The notes under the pieces are model-generated. The model was not told the origin of the DNA. It ran no database searches and saw nothing but the letters and a program-made list of their open reading frames with translations. From IMG/VR virus record IMGVR_UViG_3300033066_001054: 64,000 nt of DNA. One strand, 5' to 3'. The DNA comes from a virus. Lineage: Duplodnaviria; Caudoviricetes. The stretch's first letter is position 1. Each line of letters starts with the position of its first letter. Shown one piece after another: positions 9,916-19,173 of this stretch. Made by a program: the position numbers and the translations under genes.

Positions 9916-10329
9916 ATGGGAATCACAACGCAAGAAATCACCGAGTTCGCCGGAAGCGTCAACTGGGACAGGATGCACGAAGCACTCGTAGCACGAGCGA
10001 ACAGTGGCGACCCACGGTCAATGCTGGCGTTATCCAAGAATGACGCCGAAGCACAGGTGGCAATCGAAGCATGGCTTGGTTCTCCTCTGACTCCGGTCAA
10101 TATGGGCGCAATGATGAGCACGGCACGACAAGCCATGTCGCTCAATCACATGCACGTCTATGCCGAGAAGGACTTCCGCACCAGCGAACCGACAGGTAAC
10201 ATCCGAGTCTACGGATACCTGAAGAACCTCAAGCGTCGCGGAGAACTCATACCATCGTTCGAGTTGTCACTCGACAAGGAATCGGCAAGGGTACTTGCCG
10301 AAGCGTTGCTCGCCCAGTTGGGCGAGTAG
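9916..10329 (+). CDS. hypothetical protein
   Basis: ATG at motif +39. Confidence 0.7.
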   Translation: MGITTQEITEFAGSVNWDRMHEALVARANSGDPRSMLALSKNDAEAQVAIEAWLGSPLTPVNMGAMMSTARQAMSLNHMHVYAEKDFRTSEPTGNIRVYGYLKNLKRRGELIPSFELSLDKESARVLAEALLAQLGE

Positions 10330-10369
10330 CGCGGTCCCGGAATCACTCAAAACATCGAAACAAAGAATC

Positions 10370-10963
10370 ATGGAAGCAAACACGCTACCCAAAAACATCG
10401 CCGCTACCGTGGCGAATCTCACCAAGAAGCCGTGGACTACGCTTGCACAAGCAGACGCCGCCGCTGACTTCATTCGGGAACTTCGACTGGAAGCTAACGC
10501 ACTCGGTGCCCTCACCGACGAAGAGCTTGCCATGAAGCGACAGATTGACGCCAAGCTGGCTGCCGAAGCGAATGCTCGCAAGGACGCGAATGCGGTTGAA
10601 GCGGAGCTGAAGCCCTACTTCCTCACCTTCACCAAGGACGAAACGGAACGAGTCAACTCCACCCTACCCGTGAGCAAGCATCGCAAGTTCATCGAAGGCA
10701 AGGGTTGGAAGGTGCAACTCAAGGACAAGCCTGGACAGGTCGTCGTGACCAACTCCAATGAGGCTATTAAGTGGCTTGAAACCAACGAACCGACCGCCGT
10801 GAAGGTTGTCAAGACGGTGGATATGTCCGAAGTCGGACGTGAGTCGGTTGTCACCAAGCTGAAGAAGCTGGGTGCAAAACTGGCAAAAATCGGATTCATG
10901 GTGGTGGACACCGTACCCGATGGAAACTCCAGCCTGAAGATTCAGGACTTGGACATCCAGTAA
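10370..10963 (+). CDS. possible Mu Gam-like host-nuclease inhibitor
   Basis: N-terminal coiled coil plus C-terminal beta-rich segment (GWKVQLKDKP...AIKWLE...VKVVKTVD); the similarity is by impression only. Confidence 0.35.
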   Translation: MEANTLPKNIAATVANLTKKPWTTLAQADAAADFIRELRLEANALGALTDEELAMKRQIDAKLAAEANARKDANAVEAELKPYFLTFTKDETERVNSTLPVSKHRKFIEGKGWKVQLKDKPGQVVVTNSNEAIKWLETNEPTAVKVVKTVDMSEVGRESVVTKLKKLGAKLAKIGFMVVDTVPDGNSSLKIQDLDIQ

Positions 10964-11003
10964 GCCGGTCCCGGAACCCCGGAAACGGGGTTCCATTTCA
11001 ATC

Positions 11004-11213
11004 ATGAGCGAAGCAAAAACGCGAAGAATCCGAGTCTATGAAATCGAACACGACGGCGACCTAGATAACGCCGTGTACGAAATCGGCAAGTGCGGGGCGT
11101 CACAAGTTGAAGTGGTGTCCAGCAACTTCGACTCTGAAGACGCTGTAATCAGTTTTGTCGCCACCGACGAGGTGTACGACAAGGTCAAGAACGAGGCAGA
11201 CATCTGTCTGTAA
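11004..11213 (+). CDS. small acidic protein
   Basis: ATG at motif +39. Confidence 0.7.
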   Translation: MSEAKTRRIRVYEIEHDGDLDNAVYEIGKCGASQVEVVSSNFDSEDAVISFVATDEVYDKVKNEADICL

Positions 11214-11221
11214 CACAACAC

Positions 11222-11389
11222 ATGGGAATCACGTTTATCGTACTCTGTATCCTCTGCTTAGCAGTGGCACTTTTTATCGCAGTGGGCAACCGCACCAGCG
11301 AGCAAGCGGCGACGAACGCCGAACTCGCCAAGGTCTGGGTTTACATCGCTGCGGTCATTCTCGCACTCGGCCACTTCTGGCCTAGCTGA
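11222..11389 (+). CDS. small two-TM membrane protein (55 aa)
   Basis: Hand-translated MGITFIVLCILCLAVALFIAVG... Confidence 0.6.
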   Translation: MGITFIVLCILCLAVALFIAVGNRTSEQAATNAELAKVWVYIAAVILALGHFWPS

Positions 11390-11430
11390 CTGCGGCCCAG
11401 GAATCGGCCGTGTATCCGACTACCGACCAT

Positions 11431-11643
11431 ATGAGCCAGTTCAAACAAGGCGACAAGGCACTCTTCGGCCCGCTGAAGGTGCCTTGCACTGTGCAACGCG
11501 TAGATACCTCTGGTATTGAACTCGAGGGTCTAACACACCGAATCACTGTGCTGTTTGACGAAAGTCAACGCACTGCTGCAAAATGGGAGTGGGAACTGAC
11601 CCCGGCCCCGGAATCCAACATCGAACAGGAGCAAACATCGTGA
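11431..11643 (+). CDS. hypothetical protein
   Basis: ATG at variant motif 11392 +39. Confidence 0.65.
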   Translation: MSQFKQGDKALFGPLKVPCTVQRVDTSGIELEGLTHRITVLFDESQRTAAKWEWELTPAPESNIEQEQTS

Positions 11644-12083
11644 GCAAACACAAATTCACCACCGAAAACCTTACGCCCACCCAGTGGGATACCACTGATG
11701 TCAAGGCTAAGTTCCTGAATGACTTGGCGAACTTCATGCGGTCTGGGTTCAAGCGCACCAAGTTCAGCAAGGCACTCTACAAGCGGTTGAGCATGACGTT
11801 TAGCCACATTGCCCACTACAACATCGAGGGGTTCTATGGCGAGTGGTTCGAGACGCCTGCCAAGCAACTGGCATGGGTGCAGAATGCCCTCCAGTATCCC
11901 TGTTTCGGTTCACCGGCGTACACTTATTGTGACGCCGAACGGCAGTTCAAGCAATGGTTGCAGTCCGACGAGGGTCAAGACCTTATCGCCGGAATCAAGC
12001 AACGGGCAAGGGACGCCGATATTGAGTTTGCACGTGCCATGAAGGAACGTGCTGAAGCGACGCTGGCATCATACGGCGTCTAA
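11640..12083 (+). CDS. conserved hypothetical protein
   Basis: GTG at motif 11602 +38; FSHIAHYNIEGFY. Confidence 0.75.
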   Translation: MSKHKFTTENLTPTQWDTTDVKAKFLNDLANFMRSGFKRTKFSKALYKRLSMTFSHIAHYNIEGFYGEWFETPAKQLAWVQNALQYPCFGSPAYTYCDAERQFKQWLQSDEGQDLIAGIKQRARDADIEFARAMKERAEATLASYGV

Positions 12084-12124
12084 CCACCGGCCCCGGAGCT
12101 ACGGCTCCGGGGCTTTTTTGCTTC

Positions 12125-12415
12125 ATGACACACGGTTTCGATTGGACACACACACCGCACAAGGAAGACCTCGAGCGCGATAGCCAAACACCGGAAAGGT
12201 TCAGATTCTGGAAGAAGTTCCAGTACATCAGGACCGCAAAGAGATTCGGTGAAGTCGTACACGTCGAGACAACCACGGTGTACACTCGCACCGAGCACAT
12301 CTTCAATGAGATTATCAGGCACTGGAACGCGCTTGGTAACTCAGACCGACCACTAAATCCGGGCTTAACGTGGCATTATGCCGCGGTCCCGGAACCGACC
12401 GAAGGTTCAAACTAA
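12125..12415 (+). CDS. hypothetical protein
   Basis: ATG at motif +38. Confidence 0.65.
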   Translation: MTHGFDWTHTPHKEDLERDSQTPERFRFWKKFQYIRTAKRFGEVVHVETTTVYTRTEHIFNEIIRHWNALGNSDRPLNPGLTWHYAAVPEPTEGSN

Positions 12416-12421
12416 AACATC

Positions 12422-12838
12422 ATGGGAAGCATCAAACTTTCACCAAAACACGGCGTAAACCCAAGCATCCCCACCTGCTTTTGGTGCGGAGAAGCCATGA
12501 ACATGCTTGTGCTGTTTGGCAGGTTGCCGAACGACAGGGAAGCGGGTATGCACTGCGGTGCTATCTCGTATGAACCATGCGACAAGTGCAAGGGACATTG
12601 GGCGCAGGGTATCACGCTTATTGAGGCTGGTATGTCTCCGCAGTCGGAGAATCAGCCGGAGATGCAGAAAGGCGTCTATCCTACGGGTCGATTCCTGGTA
12701 TTGAAACCCGATGCAGTAGAGCAAATCTTTCCACCAGATGCGGCCGCCGATGTGCTGAAGCATCGAATGTGCTTCATGGACTTCGAGACCTTCGACAAGT
12801 TCGTACCGGCCCCGGAACCAGAACCAGCGCCGGGATAA
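12422..12838 (+). CDS. conserved phage protein with CxxC pairs
   Basis: LSPKHGVNP...CFWCG...PCDKC; motif +39. Confidence 0.75.
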   Translation: MGSIKLSPKHGVNPSIPTCFWCGEAMNMLVLFGRLPNDREAGMHCGAISYEPCDKCKGHWAQGITLIEAGMSPQSENQPEMQKGVYPTGRFLVLKPDAVEQIFPPDAAADVLKHRMCFMDFETFDKFVPAPEPEPAPG

Positions 12839-12843
12839 TCAAC

Positions 12844-13032
12844 ATGCCTTACAAACGCAAAACCCGCGACGAGTTCGATATCGAGGGGAACTATGGTTAT
12901 GGTGACGGCTGGGAAGTCGTCACCTGCGAAGAGAACCGTAAGGATGCCAGTGCTGCCCTGAAGGAGCATCGCGAAAACGAACCTGGTGTACCGTTCAGAA
13001 TCAGGAAACACCGAGTACCAATCGAGGCATAA
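12844..13032 (+). CDS. hypothetical protein
   Basis: ATG at motif +38; NYGYGDGWE. Confidence 0.7.
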   Translation: MPYKRKTRDEFDIEGNYGYGDGWEVVTCEENRKDASAALKEHRENEPGVPFRIRKHRVPIEA

Positions 13033-13033
13033 T

Positions 13034-13324
13034 ATGGCAAAAGCGAAACCTCAGTTCCACGCCGGTCCTGACTGGCAAACTGGTCAAAAGTACTTCAGCA
13101 TCGAAGATGCAATGAAGGGCGCAGAGACCAACGTACAATGGACTGTATGGCGCAACACGCCAGGAACCTGGGCAATCGTCTACAGTCAAGGCGACAAGCT
13201 CGAACTCACTGGTGGCGGATACGGTCGGGGTAAGCCACGAGGCACCCGCAACGAGTGGGATACAGCCTATGTGTACGAAGACCTTCGATGGGCTTCGGTT
13301 TCTGAACTCTGCAAAATGGTGTAA
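13034..13324 (+). CDS. hypothetical protein
   Basis: GAGG SD; follows the stop of the upstream ORF. Confidence 0.6.
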   Translation: MAKAKPQFHAGPDWQTGQKYFSIEDAMKGAETNVQWTVWRNTPGTWAIVYSQGDKLELTGGGYGRGKPRGTRNEWDTAYVYEDLRWASVSELCKMV

Positions 13325-13364
13325 GGCGGCCCCGGAGCCGCCTTCGCCAACAAATCAAAACATC

Positions 13365-13688
13365 ATGGACAAGGCACTTTACACTTTGCACAAAGCTCGC
13401 CCCGGCGTTGGTGGCTTCCACTGCTCCTGCTGCAATCCTGCATTCGGTAACTTCAAGGGGCCGGATTCTCGCCGTCATCGCCAAGCAGCCAAGCGTGCCC
13501 TGCGACGCGTCGAGCGCCAACGCGCACGCAATGCTGGTGCAGAAGAGTTGCATCAGCAGTTCATCGAAGCCATCCATGAACACAACTATTGGATGATTGA
13601 TTTTGGTATGGAAGACCAGTGCATCGAGTACAATCGGCTTCAAGGTGTGATTCGCAAGCCGGCCCCGGAACTAAGCATGGCGTGGTGA
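13365..13688 (+). CDS. basic hypothetical protein
   Basis: ATG at motif +39; CSCC. Confidence 0.6.
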   Translation: MDKALYTLHKARPGVGGFHCSCCNPAFGNFKGPDSRRHRQAAKRALRRVERQRARNAGAEELHQQFIEAIHEHNYWMIDFGMEDQCIEYNRLQGVIRKPAPELSMAW

Positions 13689-13696
13689 AATGAATC

Positions 13697-14005
13697 ATGC
13701 GAAGCGATTACATCGAATTCGACACTACTCCGGTTGATGAGCCTTGTGTGGGTATCAATGGCGATATGACCGAGGCAAAAGCCGAAGCCTATCGCATGAA
13801 GGAACTGCTGGAGAAGCGGTTTCCCGATGTTAATGGCTACTTCACAATCAAGAGCATGCCACACGACTTTGGTTCGTACTTGGAGATGCGGTTCTACTAC
13901 TACGACGACGAAGATGGCATCAAGGAGATGCAACACGTCGAAGCCAACTACCCTCAAACTTGGCAGGACACCGAACCCGTGTTGCTGTATCCTAAGAAGG
14001 ACTGA
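13697..14005 (+). CDS. conserved phage hypothetical protein
   Basis: TPVDEPC...PHDFGSYLE; motif +38. Confidence 0.75.
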   Translation: MRSDYIEFDTTPVDEPCVGINGDMTEAKAEAYRMKELLEKRFPDVNGYFTIKSMPHDFGSYLEMRFYYYDDEDGIKEMQHVEANYPQTWQDTEPVLLYPKKD

Positions 14006-14047
14006 CCCACCGGCCCCGGAGCTACGGCTCCGGGGCTTTTTTACTTC

Positions 14048-14287
14048 ATGGCTATCATCCCTGAATCACTCAAGTTCACCCAAGAAGAACAAGCCAAACT
14101 CGAGGCCATCCGCGTGAAGGCCAGGGCACGACATGAGCGCGAACGCAAGGCTGCCCTGAAGCGCGGCTGCAAGGACTATCCACTGTTGCCATATGAATGC
14201 TCATGGGCATATGAAGAGCAGTTCAGGCGAGCCGTCAGGAATCCGGCCCCGGAACCAAGACGACGATTTGGTTTTCTATCATGCTGA
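14048..14287 (+). CDS. hypothetical protein
   Basis: ATG at motif +38. Confidence 0.65.
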   Translation: MAIIPESLKFTQEEQAKLEAIRVKARARHERERKAALKRGCKDYPLLPYECSWAYEEQFRRAVRNPAPEPRRRFGFLSC

Positions 14288-14601
14288 AACTTCCAAGCAA
14301 CATCCCGCCACTCTATGCCACCGAAAAGGTGGATACTGACGACAAAGTGATGCACGCTCGTTTGTTTGCATTAAATAGCGCAGCAACCTGGCTTGTTGCT
14401 GAGTATGACCCCGAAGACAGGGTCATCTATGGCTATTGTGACCTATACGGTCAAGGTCGAGAAGGTGGTGCCGAATGGGGATGTGTCTCCATCGCAGAGC
14501 TGGAGTCGCTCAAGTTCATGGGCATTCCCCGTGTCGAGGTTGACGCGCACTTCACGCCGAAGCCGTTTAAGGAGTGCATCTCGCCTGACGGTCGCATCTA
14601 A
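14281..14601 (+). CDS. DUF2958 family protein
   Basis: ATWLVAEYDP...GYCDL...EWGCVSIAELE...VEVDAHF. Confidence 0.8.
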   Translation: MLKLPSNIPPLYATEKVDTDDKVMHARLFALNSAATWLVAEYDPEDRVIYGYCDLYGQGREGGAEWGCVSIAELESLKFMGIPRVEVDAHFTPKPFKECISPDGRI

Positions 14602-14646
14602 ACCGACCCGGTCCCGGAACCCCGGAAACGGGGTTCCCACCCATCA

Positions 14647-14706
14647 ATGGCGAACCACAAACGAAAGAAATGCAAGCGGTCGACACATGCCATTACGGGC
14701 AACTAA
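14647..14706 (+). CDS. 19-aa basic micropeptide MANHKRKKCKRSTHAITGN
   Basis: ATG at motif 14608 +39; stop 2 nt before the next motif. Confidence 0.45.
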   Translation: MANHKRKKCKRSTHAITGN

Positions 14707-14747
14707 GCCCGGCCCCAGAACCTCAATTCAGGTATAACCACAACATC

Positions 14748-14906
14748 ATGAGCAAGAAGCGAAAACAAGCATCGCCCAAGCCATCGTACACTCCGGTGCC
14801 GTTCACACGGGCTCACTCAAAGCCACATAGGCTGGAGGAGAACTCCCGTGCCAGACGCAAGCGCGAAGAGCGCGATGCCAAGAACGGCAAGTGGGGGCAA
14901 GATTGA
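14748..14906 (+). CDS. small basic protein
   Basis: ATG at variant motif 14709 +39. Confidence 0.6.
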   Translation: MSKKRKQASPKPSYTPVPFTRAHSKPHRLEENSRARRKREERDAKNGKWGQD

Positions 14907-15274
14907 TAACTGAGTTCAAGGGCGAACGCGGTAGCTTCTCAGTGTGTCACAAGGGAGAGGTCTGGACAGTCCAGGCTATGGTGTTTGGTGTTGAGCCGCC
15001 GGATGAATTCAACATCAAACACAAGGAACCAATTGACTGGCGATTGGATGAGAAAAATCACTCACCTACCGGTCTCGAATGGGGATATGGTGGTTCCGGA
15101 CCAAGTCAATTGGCGTGGTGTATCCTACGAGAATGTGGACTGACTCAACCACAAGCCGCTAAGCTGTATATGCAGTTCAAGGCAGATGTGATTGCTAACC
15201 TGCCACGTGATGGATTCACCTTAACTGTCCAACAGGTCATGGATTGGGTCAAGAAGAACGGCCCCGGAACCTAA
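14891..15274 (+). CDS. DUF6166-like protein
   Basis: NHSPTGLEWGYGGSGPSQLA. Confidence 0.7.
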   Translation: MGARLITEFKGERGSFSVCHKGEVWTVQAMVFGVEPPDEFNIKHKEPIDWRLDEKNHSPTGLEWGYGGSGPSQLAWCILRECGLTQPQAAKLYMQFKADVIANLPRDGFTLTVQQVMDWVKKNGPGT

Positions 15275-15295
15275 TCCGGGTAAGGACTTATCAAC

Positions 15296-15685
15296 ATGTG
15301 GAAAGCAAATCAAGAGCGACCTGGAAGCTGGTACATCACGCACAACGACCGAGTTCAACCCTTCGGCGCAATCTTTTTCAATGAGCGCGGCGACATCGGT
15401 GAACTGGTCAAGCGTGCTGTTACACAACTCAACGCCGGCAAGCGCGTCATCCAGGGTGTCCGCGACCTGTACGAAGTCGTCATGACACCTTCTGGTGTGG
15501 CTGATATCAACTTGGTGCGCACTCCACTTTGCAAGAAGTGTAATGTGCCCATGAAAGAGGGTGAAGCACTCCAGAACCAACTCGTTGGTGGTGACTTTCG
15601 CGGTGCCACACTTAGCCACACCGGACCGGCGCAAATGGTCAAGGTATGGAAGTGCCCTGACTGTGGGCACTCGTTCACAAAGTAG
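15296..15685 (+). CDS. zinc-ribbon protein
   Basis: CKKC...CPDCG; motif +38. Confidence 0.7.
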   Translation: MWKANQERPGSWYITHNDRVQPFGAIFFNERGDIGELVKRAVTQLNAGKRVIQGVRDLYEVVMTPSGVADINLVRTPLCKKCNVPMKEGEALQNQLVGGDFRGATLSHTGPAQMVKVWKCPDCGHSFTK

Positions 15686-15723
15686 CGGTCCCGGAACCGC
15701 GCAAACCACAAAAGGAGTAAGAC

Positions 15724-16014
15724 ATGAGCAGACACACTACTCAAGCAGGCAACCTCGAAGTCGTTCTCGGTGTCGACCGACCACTGAACCATGTGTTCGC
15801 GTCCATCTTCGAAGATGGCGAAGAGGTCGAAGGGTTCGACCCGTTCTCGTGGTTCCAACCGACACCAGCAGGTGTTGATGAGGCGATTTCCGCCGTGGAA
15901 ACCTTCGTTGGCAACAACTGGAAGGTTCCTGGCGAGCTGCGCCAAGCCTTGCTTGATGACCTGACAGCGATGTTATTCGGTGCGTCCATCAACCACGCTA
16001 AGGTACACAGGTAA
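15724..16014 (+). CDS. hypothetical protein
   Basis: motif +39; VVLGVDRPL. Confidence 0.7.
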   Translation: MSRHTTQAGNLEVVLGVDRPLNHVFASIFEDGEEVEGFDPFSWFQPTPAGVDEAISAVETFVGNNWKVPGELRQALLDDLTAMLFGASINHAKVHR

Positions 16015-16059
16015 CCCTGAACCGGCCCCGGAGCTTCGGCTCCGGGGCTTTTTTGCTTC

Positions 16060-16269
16060 ATGAACAAGATTCAACGCATCGCAGCAACACTCGGCATTCC
16101 TGCGAACGAAATCACAAAAGCCGAGCGAAAAGCCATCAGCAAGACCAAATCAGCCGCAGAAGTGTGCCGAATACTTGCAATTGAAGTCGACGGTAATGTA
16201 CAATATGTGCAGGCCGCCATGAAGCGACACAAGAAGTCGAAAGCGCAGGTGTATGCGTATGCGGCGTAA
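16060..16269 (+). CDS. small basic protein
   Basis: ATG at motif +38. Confidence 0.65.
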   Translation: MNKIQRIAATLGIPANEITKAERKAISKTKSAAEVCRILAIEVDGNVQYVQAAMKRHKKSKAQVYAYAA

Positions 16270-16281
16270 TGGAGTAAAACT

Positions 16282-16413
16282 ATGAGTCTACAAGGTTCAG
16301 GATGCATGTTCATCATCGGGATGCTGTTCTGTGCGATGTTCTGGGGATTCTATGGTGCTTTTTGGTGGACGGTTGCAAGCGTCATCGTCACCATATTGAG
16401 CAACGACGACTAA
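16282..16413 (+). CDS. small membrane protein (43 aa)
   Basis: Hand-translated hydrophobic ORF with GGAG SD. Confidence 0.5.
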   Translation: MSLQGSGCMFIIGMLFCAMFWGFYGAFWWTVASVIVTILSNDD

Positions 16414-16453
16414 GCCGGTCCCGGAACTCAAACAACCAACAAATCACAAAAGC

Positions 16454-16828
16454 ATGTGGAAAACATCAAAGATGGAATCCACCTTCGAGCATAGCCTTGA
16501 AGGTGCAAAGCAGGCTGGGTTCAACGGTTGCATCAAGTATGCCGACCAAGACACCGCAGTCGAAGCCAAAAAGGTACTTCGACCGCACTTGGATGAAGCA
16601 TACGACCTTGTCGCTTACCAGGGTGATGTCACAGCCGAGGTTGACATGGAGTACATGAGCGAACCAAGACTTCGGGTTTCTGAGTTCCTCAAGGCGATTG
16701 TTGCCACTAACCCAGTATCAGCCGAGTTTGAAGCTGAGGATGAGGACGGTGAACAGTACCAGATGAACCTGGTGGATGGTCAATGGGTGCTCATGCAACG
16801 CTCTGACAACTTCCAAGAGGTAGCGTAA
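16454..16828 (+). CDS. acidic hypothetical protein
   Basis: motif +39. Confidence 0.7.
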   Translation: MWKTSKMESTFEHSLEGAKQAGFNGCIKYADQDTAVEAKKVLRPHLDEAYDLVAYQGDVTAEVDMEYMSEPRLRVSEFLKAIVATNPVSAEFEAEDEDGEQYQMNLVDGQWVLMQRSDNFQEVA

Positions 16829-16836
16829 AACTCGCG

Positions 16837-16866
16837 GTCCCGGAACTTCGGTTCCGGGACTTTTTT
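16837..16866 (+). terminator. intrinsic terminator with compensatory changes
   Basis: GTCCCGGAAC-TTCG-GTTCCGGGAC-TTTTTT. Confidence 0.8.
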
Positions 16867-16871
16867 CATTT

Positions 16872-17045
16872 ATGCCGAAAGCAAAGCCGGTCAAGACGCT
16901 CAAAGAGCTGGGCGAAATCATCACTAAGAACTTCTCGCAGAAAATGATTCGCGAGGGGTACAATATCGACCCGTCTGACTTGGAAGAGGTCGGCCGCCAA
17001 GCATTGGCATGGGGCGATATTCGACGCGACGGTACACTCAACTAG
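16872..17045 (+). CDS. small hypothetical protein (57 aa, MPKAKPVKTL...)
   Basis: ATG at motif 16834 +38. Confidence 0.65.
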   Translation: MPKAKPVKTLKELGEIITKNFSQKMIREGYNIDPSDLEEVGRQALAWGDIRRDGTLN

Positions 17046-17054
17046 GAGGTTGAT

Positions 17055-17267
17055 ATGCAAACCACAGTAAGGCACTTGCTACCGGGCGATGTCCTGGTAG
17101 GTTCGGGGTTCACGGTGACCCGTGCGCCATATGTTGCGGTCAATACACCGCGTGGCAAGATGTGCGTTGAAGGGCACTACAAGAACAAACCGGTAGGCAC
17201 TCGCATTTGGGGAGCATCAACCACCGTCACAATCAAGCGCGAAGGCGCGGTCCCGGAACCCGGATAG
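17055..17267 (+). CDS. hypothetical protein
   Basis: AGGAGG SD. Confidence 0.7.
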   Translation: MQTTVRHLLPGDVLVGSGFTVTRAPYVAVNTPRGKMCVEGHYKNKPVGTRIWGASTTVTIKREGAVPEPG

Positions 17268-17285
17268 TCCGGGTTCCATACAATC

Positions 17286-17654
17286 ATGGAAACATGGCTG
17301 AAGGACGACGATGCCAAGGCAATCTGCCGGCATCGAGCGAAGTCAAACGAGTACATTCGACGCCGGTTGTCCTCCGGCGCGAAAGTACCGCGAGCGGAAT
17401 GGATGCAATGGGCGCACGAGTACGATGCAGTCCATACAATCCTGAAGGTACTCGCTGGTATCTGCGACGGCGCAAAGTCGCATGATGGATGCGGATTCAA
17501 CAAACTGGACTCAGGCAGGGGCAAGCGACTGGCTTATCAGTCAGAACTTACCAACGATGAGTTCTGGACTGGAGTCCGAATAGTCCGCAAGTACCACAAG
17601 CAAATCGACCCCGCACTCATGGCGTGGGTTCCCCGGTCCCGGAACCCGCAATAG
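17286..17654 (+). CDS. hypothetical protein with CDGA...DGxGFNKxD motif
   Basis: motif +39. Confidence 0.7.
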   Translation: METWLKDDDAKAICRHRAKSNEYIRRRLSSGAKVPRAEWMQWAHEYDAVHTILKVLAGICDGAKSHDGCGFNKLDSGRGKRLAYQSELTNDEFWTGVRIVRKYHKQIDPALMAWVPRSRNPQ

Positions 17655-17670
17655 CGGGTTCCCACCTAAC

Positions 17671-17991
17671 ATGAGCGAAACACTCGAAAACTCCGCCGAC
17701 CGCTTCTTCAAGTGGTTGGATTCAATCGCTGAATCGACGCTCGGGAAAATCGGTAAGTCGAAAGGATTCCATATCTGGCACTCAGGTGGTGGTTGCCATC
17801 ATTTCCGAAAGGACAATCCGAACGGATGCTATGTCCTGGTGTGCCACGAATCCGAGATTCCCGAAAACGACCTTGGAACCTGGATGGTCGGCACCTACGA
17901 TGCCGAAGGTATGGAAATCGGAGTCGAGGACTTCGAGGGAAAACTCGAAGATGCGCTGGATATGGCGGACAAACTTCTAGCCGAAGTCTAG
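17671..17991 (+). CDS. hypothetical protein
   Basis: motif +38; HSGGGC. Confidence 0.7.
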   Translation: MSETLENSADRFFKWLDSIAESTLGKIGKSKGFHIWHSGGGCHHFRKDNPNGCYVLVCHESEIPENDLGTWMVGTYDAEGMEIGVEDFEGKLEDALDMADKLLAEV

Positions 17992-18029
17992 CCGGTCCCG
18001 GAACCCCGGAAACGGGGTTCCCACCTATC

Positions 18030-18233
18030 ATGGACATCAAGAAGATTAAACAGTCCATCGGAGAACAGTACGCTTATGTACTGCGCTCCGATATCTACAC
18101 CGATGAGGTGCGCAAGCAAATCATCGCTGCAATGGATGACATGGTGGAACTCACTTCCAAAATCACAGGGTACACCGTGACCGAACTCAAGGAACTCGTA
18201 CCCGATGGACGCCCGGTCCCGGAACCCGCCTAG
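18030..18233 (+). CDS. hypothetical protein
   Basis: ATG at motif +38. Confidence 0.65.
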   Translation: MDIKKIKQSIGEQYAYVLRSDIYTDEVRKQIIAAMDDMVELTSKITGYTVTELKELVPDGRPVPEPA

Positions 18234-18274
18234 TGCGGGTTCCATAAAGCATCACCACGGAGGGTGACAGCATC

Positions 18275-18565
18275 ATGGAAGATAACAAGACAGGTTTACA
18301 ACGTGCCCTAGAGAACGCTGCTATCAAGGCAGGCTGGGGCATTCTCGTCACCGCGATGGCACTGCCTACTGCATGGCAATGGGCAACCACACTTGACCCT
18401 GATGGCATCTTAGGTGTCACGATTGCACTTTGCATCCTCGGATGCGCTGCGCTATCGCCCCTAGTGCTAGGATGCGGGTTTGCATCCGATGACCTGCGAA
18501 AAGCGCGTCGTATATGGCGTGCTTCACGACCACAACTGCGGTCCCGGAATCAGCGGAACGCCTAG
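18275..18565 (+). CDS. membrane protein
   Basis: Two hydrophobic segments; GGAGGG SD in a short leader. Confidence 0.65.
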   Translation: MEDNKTGLQRALENAAIKAGWGILVTAMALPTAWQWATTLDPDGILGVTIALCILGCAALSPLVLGCGFASDDLRKARRIWRASRPQLRSRNQRNA

Positions 18566-18610
18566 ACCATATCAATGTCCCAAGCAATGGGACGGAGGAA
18601 AATCACACTC

Positions 18611-18805
18611 ATGTTCACCGTAGACAAGTTCGACCCCAAGACCAACAAGCTCACCGTCACGTTCGACCTCAGCGCACCCCGCAAGCCGGAACCCGGCAAG
18701 GTCATGTGGATGATGGGTACGACCGGCGGATTCAAGGAAGTTCCCGGCGTCAACATCGACGGGCACGCTCTCAAGTTGTCCGCCAATATCGGCTTCAAGA
18801 AGTAG
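18611..18805 (+). CDS. hypothetical protein
   Basis: GGAGGA SD after a leader hairpin; alternative ATG at 18575. Confidence 0.6.
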   Translation: MFTVDKFDPKTNKLTVTFDLSAPRKPEPGKVMWMMGTTGGFKEVPGVNIDGHALKLSANIGFKK

Positions 18806-18877
18806 CCACAATCGCCGGTCCCGGAACCCCGCCTAGCGGGGTTCCTCTACATTGTCCCAAGGGACAAAGGAGATACG

Positions 18878-19105
18878 ATGCCTAAGACAAGCACAGTCAT
18901 CGACAACGCCGTTGCGGAATACACGCAACGCCAGACTCGCCAAGCCGTCAAGCGACTGACGGCGCAAGCCGAACGCCTCAATGGTGACCGGCTTTGCCGA
19001 CTTCCCAAAGCCGATGAACGGCTTGTCAAGACCTTGCGCGACCTTAGCGCAATCGACCGCGAAGGTGCCAAGCATCTCGCCAAGTCTATGGGGATGACGT
19101 TCTAA
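18878..19105 (+). CDS. hypothetical protein
   Basis: AAGGAG SD. Confidence 0.7.
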   Translation: MPKTSTVIDNAVAEYTQRQTRQAVKRLTAQAERLNGDRLCRLPKADERLVKTLRDLSAIDREGAKHLAKSMGMTF

Positions 19106-19173
19106 ATCGCCGGTCCCGGAACCCCGCCTAGCGGGGTTCCATTGTAATGTCCCAAGGGACAACAGGAGGAACC

